From Mobula hypostoma (lineage: Eukaryota): 64,000 nucleotides of DNA. Made by a program: the position numbers and the translations under genes. Positions 1 to 12,849 of this stretch are shown here, piece by piece. Positions within the stretch are counted from its first letter, which is position 1; each line of letters starts with the position of its first letter. The notes beneath the pieces are model-generated. The model did not search any database. It saw nothing but the letters and a program-made list of their open reading frames with translations, and was not told the origin of the DNA. The stretch is from NCBI RefSeq assembly GCF_963921235.1, contig NC_086097.1, forward strand, positions 372,001 through 436,000, given 5' to 3'.

Positions 1-930
1 GATGATACGAAGATAGGTGGAGGGTCCGGTAAGTGTTGAGGAAACAGGGAGTCGGCAGAGAGACTTGGATAGATTGGAAGAATGGGCAAAGAAGTGATAA
101 ATGAAATACAGTGTTGGAAAGTGTGTGGTTATGCACTTTGGCAGAAGAAATAAATGGGCAGACTGTTATTTAAATGGGGAGAGAATTCAAAGTTCTGAGA
201 TGCAACGGGACTTGGGAGTCCTCGTGCAGGATACCCTTAAGGTTAACCTCCAGGTTGAGTTGTTGGTGAAAAAGGCGAATGCAATGTTGGCATTAATTTC
301 TGGAGGAATAGAGTATAGGAGCAGGGATGTGATGTTGAGGCTCTATAAGGTGCTGGTAAGACCTCACTTGGAGTACTGTGGGCAGTTTGGGTCTCCTTAT
401 TTAAGAAAGGATGTGCTGATATTGGAGAGGGTACAGAGAAGATTCACTAGAATGGTTCCGGGAATGAGAGGGTTAACATATGAGGAACGTTTGTCCACTC
501 TTGAACTGTATTCTTTGGAGTTTAGAAGAATGAAGGGAGACCTCATAGATACATTTCGAATGTTGAAAGGCATGGGCAGAGTGGATGTGGCAAAGTTGTT
601 TCCCATGATGGGGGAGTCTAGTACGAGAGGGCATGACTTAAAGATTGAAGGGCGCCCATTCAGAACAGAGATGCGAAGAAATTTTTTTAGTCAGAGGGTG
701 GTGAATTTATGGAATTTGTGCCACGGGCGGCAGTGGAGGCCAAGTCATTGGGTGTATTTAAGGCAGAGAGTGATAGGTATCTGAGTAGCCAGGGCATCAA
801 AAGTTATGGTGAGAAGGCGGGGGAGTGGGACTAAATGGAAGAATGGATCAGCTCATGATAAAATGGCGGAGCAGACTCAATGGGCCGAATGGCCGATTTC
901 TGCTCCTTTGTCTTATGGTCTTATGGTTAT
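1..930 (+). mobile_element. CR1 LINE 3' portion
   Basis: ORF 101-784 has the CR1 RT C-terminus (LYKVLVRPHLEYC, ERVQRRFTRM, FFSQRVVNLWN). The 3' UTR ends in a tcttatgg-type tail near 912-929. Confidence 0.9.
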
Positions 931-1105
931 GCATCCTAACTATTTGAGGTCTGTTGGTTAGGAAGTCTTATCATACAGTTGCACAGTGGGGTATTCAAAC
1001 TGAAGAGCAGCAGTTTGTTAACCAAGGAGTGTGGGACAGTAGTGTTGAATGCCAAAATGAAATCTGGAGATAGCATGACAGCTCTCCCTTGCACATTTGC
1101 TGCAG

Positions 1106-1215
1106 ATATTGCTTATGGATCAATAATTACAATGAAGAATGTGCAGACTGCAGGGGGATATCTGCACTCTCACTGGCATCTCTATCCAGAAGGGGTTGGA
1201 GCACGACAACAGCAG
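1106..1215 (+). CDS. POMT2: POMT2 internal exon (MIR region), 110 bp
   Basis: tgcag|ATATT...CAGCAG|gtcagt. Encodes [36 protein letters not shown], matching vertebrate POMT2 (LAYGSVITVKN...[20 protein letters not shown], from recall). Confidence 0.97.
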
Positions 1216-1297
1216 GTCAGTTGGCTGCCCTGAGATATTGTGTGGGTTTAGGTGCTGAAATTGTGTTGTGTAAAAAGTTCTGTTGTCCTTTTTTCAG

Positions 1298-1364
1298 GTT
1301 ACAGCATATTTACACAAGGATGATAACAATCTTTGGATTGTCAGGAAACCTGATCACACCACAG
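1298..1364 (+). CDS. POMT2: POMT2 internal exon, 67 bp
   Basis: ttttcag|GTT...ACAG|gttagt. Encodes VTAYLHKDDNNLWIVRKPDHTT, in frame with the previous exon. Confidence 0.96.
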
Positions 1365-1704
1365 GTTAGTGTTCTACTTTGTGTGTTTAATTTCCTAGAG
1401 ATAACAGCTGGATCTAATTCACATACATAGCCTGAATCCCAGGGGTCCTAACCTTTTGGACCAGTCTCCTATATGGAATGTCATGGAAGGCAATTCTGAA
1501 GTCCATGTAAACCACATGTACACTACCCTTATCAGTACACTTTATTACCTCCTCAAAAAAAAAATCAATCCTATTGTTGATCAGGTCCTTTAGGACTTGA
1601 AGACCTGATTTGTCCTTTTCCATAACTAGTTTAAAACTAATAAAGATAAAAAAAGATTAGTGCTATTTGTCACATATACATTGAAACATGCAGTGAAATG
1701 CATT

Positions 1705-1987
1705 GCGACACATTCAAAATGCTGGAGGAAATCAGCAGAACAGGCAGCATCAATGAAAATGAGCAAACAATTGATGGTCTGGGCTGAGACCCTTCAGGAC
1801 TGGAAAGGAAAGGAAGGGAGATAGATGACAGAATAAAGAGGTGGGGGAGGGGAAGGAGGATAGCTAGAATGTGATAGGTGAAGCCAGGTGGCTGGTAAAG
1901 GGAGAGGAAAGGATCTGTCGACAGGACCATGGGAGAAAGGGAAAAGAGAGGGGTCCCAGAGGAATTTATAGGTAGGTGAGAAAAGGT
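1705..1987 (-). mobile_element. Degenerate Penelope pLTR fragment
   Basis: Resembles the terminus at 5585 and 25076 (aaatgctggaggaa...ggcagcatc...gggctgagacccttcaggac) followed by the same purine-rich tract. The ribozyme core is damaged. Confidence 0.65.
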
Positions 1988-3730
1988 AAGACCATAAGAT
2001 AGAGGAGCAGAATTAGGCCATTTGGCCCATTGAGTCTGCTCTGCCATTTTATCATGGCTGATCCATTTTTCCTCTTACCCCCAATCTCCTGCCTTCTCCC
2101 TGTATCCCTTCAGGCCCCGACCAATCAAGAATTTATCAGTCTCTGCCTCCACATAAAGACTTGGCCTCCACAGCTGCCTGTGGCAAAGAATTCCACAAAT
2201 TCACCACTCTCTGGCTGATCCAATTTTTCTCTCAGCTCTAATCTCCTGCCTTCCTGCTGCCCCCCTTCCCCCATATCCCTTCATGCCCTGACCAATCAAG
2301 AATCTCTCAACCTTTGCCTTAAATATACATGAAGACATGGCCTCCACAGCTGCCTCTGGCAAAGAATTCCACAGATTCAGCACTCTCCTGCTAAAGAAAT
2401 TCGTCCTCATCTCCATTCTAAAAGGACACCCCTCTATTCTGAAGCCGAGTCCTCTGGTCTTAGACTCTCCCACCATAGGAAATATCCTCTCCACATTCAC
2501 TCTATCAAGGCCTTACACCATTCAATAGGTTTCAATGAGGTCACCCCCCATTCTTCTGAATTCCAGCAAATACAGTCCCAGAACCATCAAACGCTCTTCA
2601 TATGACAAGCCATTCAATCCTGGAGTAATTTTCGTGAATCTCCTTTGAACCCTCTCCAGTTTCAGCATATCATTAAGGGGCCCAAAACTGTACATACTAC
2701 TCTAATGCTTTATAAAGTCTCAACATTACATCCTTGCTTTTATATTCTAGTCCTCTCGAAATGAATGCTAACATTGCATTTGCCTTCCTCCATAGACTCA
2801 ATCTGCAAGTTAAACTGTAGGGAATCCTACACAAGGACTTCAAAATCCCTTTGCATCTCAGATTTTTGTACTTTCTCTCCATTTGAAAATAGTCAACCCG
2901 TTCCTTTCTTCTACCAAAGTGCATTACCATACACTTCCTGACACTGCATTTCTTTACCCATTCTCCTAATCTGTGTGTCCTTCTGTAGCCTTTCTACTCC
3001 CTCAAAACTATCTGCCCCTCCACCCATCTGCAAACTTTGCAATGAAACCAAGTCCGTCAGCCAAATCATTGACATATAACATAAAAAGAATCGGTCCCAA
3101 CACAGGCCCCTGTGGAACACCACTAGTCATCAGCAACCAATCAGAAAAGGCTCCCTTTATTCCTACTCTTTGTCTCCTGCCATTGATTTATCCATCTTTC
3201 CTGTAATACCATGGGCTTGTAACTTGTTAAGCAGCCTCATGTGTGGCCCTTGTCCAAGGCCTGAAAATCCAAGTACTCAACATCAACTGATCCTCCTTTC
3301 TCTATCCTGCTTGTTATTTCTTCAAAGTCCAACAGATTTGTCAGGCAAGAGTTTCGTTTGAGGAAACCATACTAACTACGCCCTAAAGCCACATCCTTAA
3401 TAATCAACTCCAACATCTTCCCAACCATTGAGTTCAGACTAACTGGGCTGTAATTTCCTTTCTTCTAGCTCTCTCTTTTCTTGAAGAATGGTGTGAAATT
3501 TGCTCATCCTTGCCCTTAAGAATGCCATGTACCTGATCCAATACAACCCTGATCCTTGCACCAGTGAGGCAACATACTATCTGGATGTCTCCATTGCGCT
3601 CAGAGAACCTCATCTCTGTTCCTCTGACAATGGAATCTCCTATCAACACTGCAGTCCTCTTCACCTCTCTGCTCTTCTGAGCCACAGCACCAGATTCAGT
3701 GCTGGAGACCAGGTCACTGAGGCTCCTGCT
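1988..3730 (-). mobile_element. CR1 fragments (two tandem 3' ends, RT, ORF1 esterase piece)
   Basis: Minus-strand ORFs 2201-2500, 2697-2930 and 3434-3802 (LIGDSIVRGT). CR1 tail at about 1988-2000. Confidence 0.85.
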
Positions 3731-3880
3731 TAGGGAGAGTGCAACCTCAGAATGGAAGAATGTCCATTTAGAACAGATATGAGAAGGAATTTCTTTAATC
3801 AAAGGGTGGTGAAACTGTGGAATTCATTGCCATGGAAGACAAATTTAAAGCAGAAGTTGATAGTTTCTTGTCTAGTTAGG

Positions 3881-5560
3881 TTACAGATAGATAGATACAT
3901 TATTGATGCCAAAGGAAATTACAATGCCACAGTAGCATTCTAAGTGCACAGATTTACAATTATTAGAAGAGAAATAAGGAAGAGTAAACAGAAAGGGAGC
4001 CAATGCAGTCCCCAGTGCTGCTTATAGCCATATCTGACACACAGCCCTGAAGCTGCACAAACTGTGGTATGCAGGATTCAATGGAAGTGCCTACCTGCAT
4101 TGATCAGAGCTTTTTCCCCAGCAATGAGGGCTGTGTGGTATTGAAGGCATTTGAGAAATTTAAAAAAAAGATCCTCACAGTGCTGCCCCGCTTATCCAAA
4201 TGGGAGTAGGCTCTGTTCAGCAGGTAGATGACAGTATCATCAACCCCAGTGTGCTCTTTATAGGCAAGACTTCAAGGGATGGAGGGCTGATCTGACCAGG
4301 GGTTGGAACTGAGCCAGGACCAGCCTCTCTAGGGTAATTATGATGTATGAGGTTCGGGCCACTGGACAGTAGTCATTCAAGGGTTTGCCCTTCTTGGGTA
4401 CTGGGACCATACATGATGTTTTCCACACAGTCGGGACCCTTTCCAGACTGAGACTCAGAGTAAAAATGTGCTGGAGAACTTCACGCAGCCGCTCAATACA
4501 CTCCATCAGGACTTTGGGATTCACACCATCTGGCTCCAATGCTTTGCCATGTCTGAGTTTCTTCAGAGCCTTTCTCACCTGCTCAGTAGTGAAAATGAGT
4601 CTCTGTGGACTTGGGAGTTGGAAGGTGAGAGCTGGGGGAGGTGAAAGTAGCATTTGGGATGTAGAGGTGTGGATGGTTGGTGCAAGGCAAGGAGGGGATG
4701 TAGACAATGGTGTTCATGTGCTGAACTGGATGAGGGAGGAGAAGAGGCATTGTACTGAGGGAGCATTGAGTGCCTCGGCACCTGAACTGGTGTGCTGAGG
4801 GGGTGTGAACAGGAGGGCAGATGTCAAACCTGTAGAAGAATTGGTTGACCTTATTAGCCCACTCATGGCGGCATTACGACGCTCTACAGCTAGGCTGATT
4901 GAAGCCCGTGGTGTTCTTCACGCCTCTCCACACCTCCTGTATGCTACTCTGCTCAAGCTTGTCCTCCAGCTCTCTCCTGTATTCCTCCTTAGCCACCTTG
5001 ATCTTCTCCTTTAGCTCCCTCTGCACGTTTCAATTCCTTCCTGCTTCCTGATCTAAAGGCTCTCTTTTTGTGATTCAAAAGAGCCCTTAGATCACTGGTG
5101 GCCCATGTTTTGTTGTTGGGGAAGCAACGAACAGTCCTTGATGGTATTACAGTGTCCACACAGAAGTTGATGTAGCCAATGATGCAATCAGTAAGCCCGT
5201 TAATGTCCTCCCCATATGGTTCACAAAGCACATTCCAGTTAGTAACCTCAAAGCAGCTCTTCAAGGCCTCAATGGCCTCTAGAGACCATTTCTTTACTAT
5301 CACAGTGGTAGCAGGCTGTTGCTGTACTTTGGGCTTATACAAGAGCATGAGCTGAACCAGGTTGTGATCTGATCTTCCAAGTGGGGTGTTTTATTTTTTC
5401 TTGTATAACACTTGACAAACTGATTGAAGGTGGTTAGGATTGTCAAGGCAGAAACATGGTTGAAGTCTCCCGATACTGCAATGAACGTATCGGGAAGGCA
5501 GAATGTAGACAACGAGCAACATGGCATGGCTGAACTCAGAGTAGATAAAACTGGCGCAAA
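3881..5560 (-). mobile_element. Rex1/Babar-like LINE fragment with (TATC)n tail
   Basis: ORFs 4258-4707 (PDGV...WKTSCMVPVPKK...NDYCPVA), 4989-5348 and 5300-5527 (GDFNH). gatagatagatac tail at about 3886. Confidence 0.8.
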
Positions 5561-5584
5561 CTCACAGCAACTAGTTCAATTTAA

Positions 5585-6390
5585 AAACACAAGCACGAGG
5601 AAATCTGCAGATGCTGGAAATTCAAGCAACACACACAAAATGCTGGTGGAACGCAACAGAACAGGCAGCATCTATAGGAAGAGGTACAGTCGATGTTTCG
5701 GGCCGAGACCCCTCGTCAGGACGAACTGAAAGAAGAGATAGTAAGAGATTTGAAAGTAGGAGGGGGAGGGGATGATCCGAAATGATAGGAGAAGACAGGA
5801 GGGGGAGGGATGGAGCTAAGAGCTGGAAAATTAATTGGCAAAAGGGATACAAGGCTGGAGAAGGGAGAGGATCATGGGATGGGAGGCCTAGGGAGAAAGA
5901 AAGGGGGAGGGGAGCACCAGAGGAAGATATAGTGAGAGGGACAGAGGGAGAAAAAAGAGAGAGAAAGAAAGGGGGGTTAAATAAATAAATAAGGGATGGG
6001 GTAAGAAGGGGAGGAGAAGCATTAACAGAAGTTACAGAAGTCAATGTTCATGCCATTTGGTTGGAGGCTACCCAGATGGAATATAAGGTGTTGTTCCTCC
6101 AGTCTGGGTGTGGCTTCATCTTGACAGCAGAGGAGGCTGTGGATGGACGTATCAGAATGGGAATGGGACGTGGAATTAAAATGTGTGACCACTGGGAGAT
6201 CCTGCTTTCTCGGGCGGACAAAGCGTAGGTGTTCAGTGAAACGGTCTCTCAGTCTGCGTTGGGTCTCGCCAATATATAGAAGGCCGCATCGGGAGCACCG
6301 AATGCAATATATCACACCAGCCGACTCACAGGTGAAGTGTTGCCTCACCTGGAAGGACTGTCTGGAGCCCTGAATGGTGGTGAGGGAGGC
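5585..6390 (-). mobile_element. Penelope-like (Neptune-type) 3' fragment: GIY-YIG endonuclease plus pLTR
   Basis: ORF 6022-6480 contains FTCESAGVIYCIRCSRCGLLYIGETQRRLRDRFTEH. Same terminus as the 25076 element. Confidence 0.9.
5688..5723 (-). ncRNA. Minimal hammerhead ribozyme motif (stem III variant)
   Basis: Minus strand reads cgtc-CTGACGA-ggggtctcggccc-GAAA-catc-gact. Confidence 0.7.
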
Positions 6391-6579
6391 TTCCTGAATC
6401 AAACTCTTGATTAAATAGATCAGAGAAGAGTTGAGTAAGAGTCTTGTGTGCCTTTGCTTCTCTGAGAGACAAAGATGCATCTAATCATAAGTAGCATGTA
6501 GAGAAGTGTGAACTTGTATGTGAATTGATCTTTAGAAATACGCATTATTTAATTAGTTGTTGCTTTTGCTTCCTTACAG

Positions 6580-6640
6580 ATCCAGATGGCCCTGCCCAGT
6601 ATGTACGACATGGAGATGTAGTCAAGCTTGAACACAAAGA
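6580..6640 (+). CDS. POMT2: POMT2 internal exon, 61 bp
   Basis: ccttacag|AT...AAAGA|gtaagt. Encodes DPDGPAQYVRHGDVVKLEHK(E); phases are consistent with both neighbours. Confidence 0.95.
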
Positions 6641-6674
6641 GTAAGTTTTAAAGATGGGTTCTTTAACATGTAAT

Positions 6675-7797
6675 GTCACAGCTATATACGACCCGAGTTA
6701 GACCCCGCTTGTGGTACTGTGTTCAGTTCTGGTCACCTCACTACAAGAAGGATATGGATACTATAGTCATAGTCATACTTTATTGATCCCGAGGGAAATT
6801 GGTTTTCGTTACAGTTGCACCATAAATAATTAAATAGTAATAAAACCATAAATAATTAAATAGTAATATATAAATTATGCCAGGAAATAAGTCCATGACC
6901 AGCCTATTGGCTCAGGGTACCTGACCCTCCAAGGGAGGAGTTGTAAAGTTTGATGGCCACAGGCAGGAATGACTTCCTATGACGCTCTGTTTTGCATCTC
7001 GGTGGAATGAGTTTCTGGCTGAATGTACTCCTGTGCCCAGCCAGTACATTATGTAGTGGATAGGAGACATTGTCCAAGATGGCATGCAACTTGGACAGCA
7101 TCCTCTTTTCAGACACCACCGTGAGAGAGTCCAGTTCCATCCCCACAACATCACTGACCTTACGAATGAGCTTGTTGATTCTGTTGGTGTCTGCTACCCT
7201 CAGCCTGCTGCCCCAGCATACAACAGCAAACATGATAGCACTGGCCATCACAGACTCGTAGAACATTCTCAGCATCGTCCGACAGATGTTAAAGGACCTC
7301 AGTCCTTTAGACTGAGAGAATGCAGAGGAGATTTACAAGGATGTTGCCTGGATCGGAGAGGTTGCCTTATGAGAATAGGTTGAGTGAACTTGGCCTTTTC
7401 TCCTTGGAGCGACAGAGGATGAAAGGTGACCTGATAGAGGTGTAAAAGATGATGAGAGGCATTGATCATGTGAATAGCCAGAGGCTTTTTCCCAGGGCTG
7501 AAATGGCTATCATGAAGGGGCATAGTTTTAAAGTGCTTGGAAGTAGGTACAGGGAGGATGTCAGAGGTAAGTTTCTCACACAGAGAGTGATGGGTGCGCG
7601 GAATGCACTGTAAGTGACGGTGGTGGAGGTCGATGCAATAGGGTCTTTTAGGAGACTCTTAGGTAGGTACATGAAGCTTAGAAAAATAGAGGGCTATGCG
7701 GTAGAGAAATTCTAGACAGTTTCTAGAGTAGTTTACATGATTGGCACAACTTTGTGGGCTGAAGGGCCTGTAATGTGCTGTAGGTTTCTATGTTCTA
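6675..7797 (+). mobile_element. CR1 3' fragment interrupted by a Rex-like insertion
   Basis: CR1 RT C-terminal sequence stops at about 6763 and resumes at about 7311. ttctatg tail near 7786-7797. Confidence 0.8.
6764..7304 (-). mobile_element. Rex1/Babar-like LINE 3' end, (TATGAC)n tail family
   Basis: ORF 6904-7275 (MFYESVMASAIMFAVVCWG...SFLPVAIKLYN), AATAAA plus tatgac repeats. Nearly identical to copies at 19955 and 60286. Confidence 0.88.
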
Positions 7798-7859
7798 TTT
7801 CTTCTTCTAATATTAGTGATTCATCCTTACAGGCTGACATTTGATTTTATCTTTGCCAG

Positions 7860-7938
7860 GACATCACGGAATATGCACAGTCACCAGCACGAAGCACCTC
7901 TGACTAAGAAGCATTTCCAGGTCACAGGATATGGAATA
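7860..7938 (+). CDS. POMT2: POMT2 internal exon, 79 bp
   Basis: ttgccag|G...GGAATA|gtaagc. Encodes (E)[26 protein letters not shown]. Confidence 0.97.
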
Positions 7939-7965
7939 GTAAGCATCAGTTTAGAGGTATTTCTT

Positions 7966-8245
7966 TTTATTTATTTAGACATACAGTGCCGAACAGGCCC
8001 TTCCTGGCTTACTGAGCCGCACTGCTCAGCAACCCACTGAATTAACCCCAGGACAATTTACAAATGATCAATTAATCTGCTTACTTGTACATCTTTGGAC
8101 TGTGGGAGAAAGCTGGTGTACCCGGACGAAATCCACACATTCAAGGGGAGGAACATAGAAAGCTCCTTACAGACTGCATTGGAATAGATCTCCGAATTCT
8201 AATGCCCTTAGGTGTAATTGCTTCACGCTAACCATTATGCTACAA
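7966..8245 (-). mobile_element. tRNA-derived V-SINE (HE1-like)
   Basis: The minus strand starts with a box A-like tagcataatgg, has a V-domain-like core (ttctcccacagtccaaagatgtac...ttaattg) and ends in a CR1-type 3' end (gggcctgttc). Confidence 0.65.
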
Positions 8246-8439
8246 TGACAGCTGAAGATTGTGTGAAGATTCTTTTTTGGCAGATCATGGAGTGCCTTTA
8301 AAGGAACCCTTGGGTTTCCATGACTTCTCTATGTCGAACCTGGGAGTAGCTCAGTAATAATGTGCGCAGCTTATTGTGGTGCCTAAGCAGGAAAGGCTGC
8401 TTCTGAGCTGGAAAGGACTCTGGTATATTACAGAGTTTT

Positions 8440-10490
8440 AGGAGCAGGGGGAAGTATTGGAAGATCGGTGATTATTGGTGTTCTGCCGGGGTCTGTACTG
8501 GGACCTCTGCTGTTTGTCATGTATATAATTGACCTGGATGTCATAGTCATAGTCATACTTTATTGATCCCAGGATGTTGTGGATAACGTAGATGACTGCA
8601 CAGAATACAGTGGGATATAGATCAGTTGCAATTATGGGTGGGGATAATGGCATAAAGTGAGGACATCGATTTAGGCCATTCAGCCCACCAAGTCTGCTCC
8701 GCCATTTCATCATGGCTGATACCGGATCCCATTCAACCCATACACCTGCCCTCTCAACATATCCATCAATGCCCCGACCAATCAGGAATCCATCAACTTC
8801 CGCTTTGAATATACCCACGGATTTGGCCTGCACCACAACATTTCACAGATTCGCCACGCTTTGGCTGAAAAAAATTCTTCTTTACTTCTGTTCTAAGAGG
8901 TCATCCCTCAGTTTTGAGGTTGTGCCATCTATTTCTGGATATCCCCACCAGAGGAAACATCATCTCCACAGCCACCTTATCCTGTCCTTTCAACATCGGG
9001 AGGTTTCAATGAGATCCCACGCATTTTTCTAAATTCCAGTGAGTACAGGCCCAGAGCTGCCAAACACTCCTTATATGTTAACCCCTTCATTCCTGGAATC
9101 ATGGCAGATGGAATTTAACTTAGCCAAATGTGAAGTGTTGCACCTTGGTAGATCAAATGTAAAGAGACAGTACACTGTTAGAGGCAAGACCCTTAAAAGT
9201 TTTGATGAGTAGAGGGATCTTGAGATCCAAGTTCATAGCTCCTTGAAAATGGCAATGTAGGTTGATAGGGTCGTTAAGAAGGCATATGTATGCTTGCATT
9301 TATTAGTTGAGACATTGAGCTCAAAAGTCAGGAAGTTAAGTTGCAGCTTTATAAAACTCTACTGAGGTGCATCTGGAGTAGTGCATTGTGGATGGATAGA
9401 TAGACATACTTTATTGATCCCAAGGGAAATTGGGTTTCGTTACAGTTGCACCAACTAAGAATAGAGTATAAATATAGCAATATAAAACCATAAATAATTA
9501 AGTAATAATATGTAAATTATGCCAGATGGAAATAAGCCCAGGACCAGCCTATTGGCTCAGGATGTCTGACCCTCCAAGGGAGGAGTTGTAAAGTTTGATA
9601 GCCACAGGCAGGAATGACTTCCTATGACGCTCAGTGTTGCACCTTGGTGGAATGAGTCTCTGGCTGAATGTGCCCAGCCAGTACATTATGTAGTGGATGG
9701 GAGACATTGTCCAAGATGGCAAGATGGAAGGATGTCAAGGCTTTGGGAGTGGACAGAAGAGCTTTATCAGGATTCCACCTGGATTAGATAGCATTTGCAA
9801 AAATGGGAGGTTGGACAAACTTGAATTGTTTTCTCTGGAGCGCAGACTCTGAGGGGAGATCTGATAGAAGTTTATAAGATTGAGAGGCATAGATAAAGTA
9901 GACAGATAAGACCATAAGACGAGGGAGCAGAAGTTGGCCATTCGGCCCATCGAGTCTGCTCCGCCATTTTATCATGAGCTGATCCATTCTCCCATTTAGT
10001 CCCACTCCCCCGCCTTCTCACCATAACCTTTGATGCCCTGGCTACTCAGATACCTATCAATCTCTGCCTTAAATACACCCAATGACTTGGCCTCCACTGC
10101 TGCCCGTGGCAACAAATTCCATAGATTCACCACCTTCTGACTAAAAAAATTTCTTCGCATTTCTGTTCTGAATGGTATCTTTTTTTCTGGGTTGATATAT
10201 AAGTGCATGCATTTAAGATGAGAGGGGGTAATTTTAAAGGAGGTGTGAAAGACAATTTTTTTCACACAGAGTAGTCGGTGCCTTGGGTTACCGTGATGGT
10301 GGAGAGGCAGGTATGTTTGAGACTTTTAGGAGATGTTTAGATGGGTTCATGAATGTGAATAAAATGGAGGGATATGGATATTGTCAAGAAAGGATTAATT
10401 TAACAGGGGATTTCATTACTGATTTATTTGGCTTGGCTGAGCATTGCGGGCTGAAGGGCTTGTTCCTGCGTTGTACTGTTCCACATTCTA
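8440..10490 (+). mobile_element. Old CR1 RT fragment with four nested insertions
   Basis: Host CR1 RT motifs are interrupted by a 30-bp Rex tail (8542-8571), a minus CR1 3' end (about 8653-9100, TSD atggca), a Rex 3' end (about 9393-9722) and a minus CR1 3' end (about 9906-10175). Confidence 0.75.
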
Positions 10491-10504
10491 CCAATGATAT
10501 GGTT

Positions 10505-12395
10505 TGGATGAGTGATGAGGTTCTGCATAGGGAGTTAGGTGCTAAGTTAAGGGCAGGACCTCCAGGACTGTGATCTCAGGATTGCTACTTGTGCCACATG
10601 CTAGTGAGGCCAGATCGAGGAAGATCCTTCAGTTGAAAAGGTATGACGTTGTGACCATCACTGAATCGTGGCTGAAGGACGATTGTACTTGGCAGCTGAA
10701 TGTCCAAGGTTTCATGTTATATCAGAGGGATAGGAAGGTAGGCAGATGTGGTGGTGGTGTGGCTGTCCTGGTAAAGAATGGCATCAAATCTGTAGAAAGA
10801 TGTGACACAGGATCAGAAGATGTTGAATCCTTGTGGATTGAGTTAAGAAACTGCAAGGGTAAAAGGATGTTGATGGCAGTTTTAGATGAATATTTTACGT
10901 CAGTCTTCACTGTGGAAGACTAGCAGTATGCCTGATGTTGTAGTGTGTGAAGGAAGTGGGTGCAGTTACTGTTACAAGAGAGAAGGTGCTCCAAAAGCTG
11001 AAAGACCTAAAAGGACATAAGTCACCTGGACTAGATGAACTGCGTCCTAGGATTCTGATAGAGATAGCATTAGAGATTATGGTGGCATTAGAAATGATCT
11101 TTCAAAAATCATTGGACTCTGGCATGGTGCCAAAGGACTGAAAAATTGCTAACGTTATTCCACTCTTTAAGAAAGGAGGAAGGCAGCAGAAAGGAAATTA
11201 TAGGCCAGTTAGCCGGACCTCAGTGGTAGGGAAGATGTTAGAGTCAATTGTTAAGGATGAGGTGATGGAGTACTTGGTGATACAGGACAAGATGGTACAA
11301 AGTCAGCTTGGTTTCCTTTAGGGAAAATCCTGCTTGATGAACTTGTTGGAATTCTTTGAGGAGATTACAAGTAGGATAGATAAAGAGGATGTAGTGGATG
11401 TTGTATATTTGGACTTTCAGAAGGCATTTGACAAGGTGTCACACATGAAGCTGCTTAATAAGTTATGAGCCCATGGTATTACAGGAAAGTTACTAACATG
11501 GTTAGAGCATTGGCTGATTGGTAGGAGGCAGTGAGTGGGAATAAAAGGATCCTTTTCTGGTTGGCTGCCAGTGACTAGTAGTGTTCCGCAAGGGTCGGTG
11601 TTGGAACCACTTCTTTTTATGCTGTATATAAATGATTTAGATGATGGAATAGATGGCTTTGTTGCCAAGTTTGCAGATGATATGAAGATTGGTGGAGGGG
11701 CAGGTAGTGTTGAGGAAACAGGATGTAGAAGGACTCAGACAGATTAGGAGAATGGACAAGAAAGTGGCAAATGAAACACAAATTTGGAAAATGCATGGCC
11801 ATGCACTTTGGTAGTAGAAATAAATGTGCCGGCTATTTTCTAAACAGGAAGAAAATCCAGGAATCTGAGATACAGAGGGACTTGGGAATCCTTGTGCAGA
11901 ACACCCTGAAGGTTAACTTGCAGGTTGAGTCGGTGGTGAGGAAGGCAAATGCCATGTCAGCAGTCATTTCAAGAGGTCTAGAATACAACACAGCAAGGAT
12001 GTGATGCTGAGGCTTTATAAGGCACTGGTGAGACCTCACCTTGAGTATTGTGGACAGCTTTAGGCCCCTCATCTTAGAAAAGATGTGCTGTGGCATTGGA
12101 AGGAATCCAGAGGAGGTTCACAAGGATGATTCCAGGAATGAAAGGGTTATCATATGACAAACATTTGATGGCTCTGAGTCCATACTCACTGGAATTCAGA
12201 AGGATGAGGGGCAATCTCATTGAAACCTTTTGAATGTTGAAAGGTCTAGACAGGGTAGATGTGAAAAGGATGTTTCCCATGGTTGGAGAGCTGAGGACAA
12301 GAGGGCACAGCCTCAGAATAGAGGGGCACCTTTTTCAAACAGAGATGTGGAGAAATTTCTTTAGCCAAAGGGTAACTGAATTTGTGGAATTTGTT
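10505..12395 (+). mobile_element. Internally deleted CR1 (ORF1 end, EN, RT)
   Basis: ORFs 10570-10923 (ITESW), 10947-11141, 11535-11747 (SVPQGSVL, KFADD), 11771-12004 and 12234-12452. Confidence 0.85.
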
Positions 12396-12849
12396 GGGAA
12401 AATCAGGTTGGTGCTGGATTCCGGCAGTGGGATGGGGGATGGCAATTTCTAGAATGACTTTGAGATGGCTTTTTAGGGCAGCTCGTGGTTGAGGCCAGAA
12501 GGAGATTAGCTATTCAAAGGCACAATATAATGTCAGAGAAGTGTATACAATATACATCCTGAAATGCTGTTTCTTTGCAACCATCCACGAAAACAGAGAA
12601 GTGCCCCAAGAATGAATGTCAGTTAAAAGTTAGAATCCAAAGTCCCCCCCCACAACTCCTGTCCCTCCTGCATGTAAGTGGCAACGAGCAACAATCCCCC
12701 TCCTCCCATTGGCAAAAATAAAGCGCACCTGCTACCAGCACTCAAGCGTGAGCAAAGCAGTAGCAAAGACACAGACTTGCAGTTACCCCAAGACTACATT
12801 GATCACCTGATTCTAGATTGGGTGTTGTGCAATGAACCACAATTGTTTA

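Noticed and set aside
979..1233. 84-aa ORF as a standalone gene
   Set aside because: Only 1106-1215 is POMT2 exon; the rest is intron read-through. The same applies to the ORFs at 7816, 22088 and 59682.
1770..1805. Hammerhead in an old Penelope fragment
   Set aside because: The core reads CTGAAGG and lacks an intact GAAA. Similar relics near 38090-38200 and 41705-41790 are also too degraded.
8170..8245. Possible tRNA gene
   Set aside because: It is a degenerate SINE head with no complete cloverleaf.
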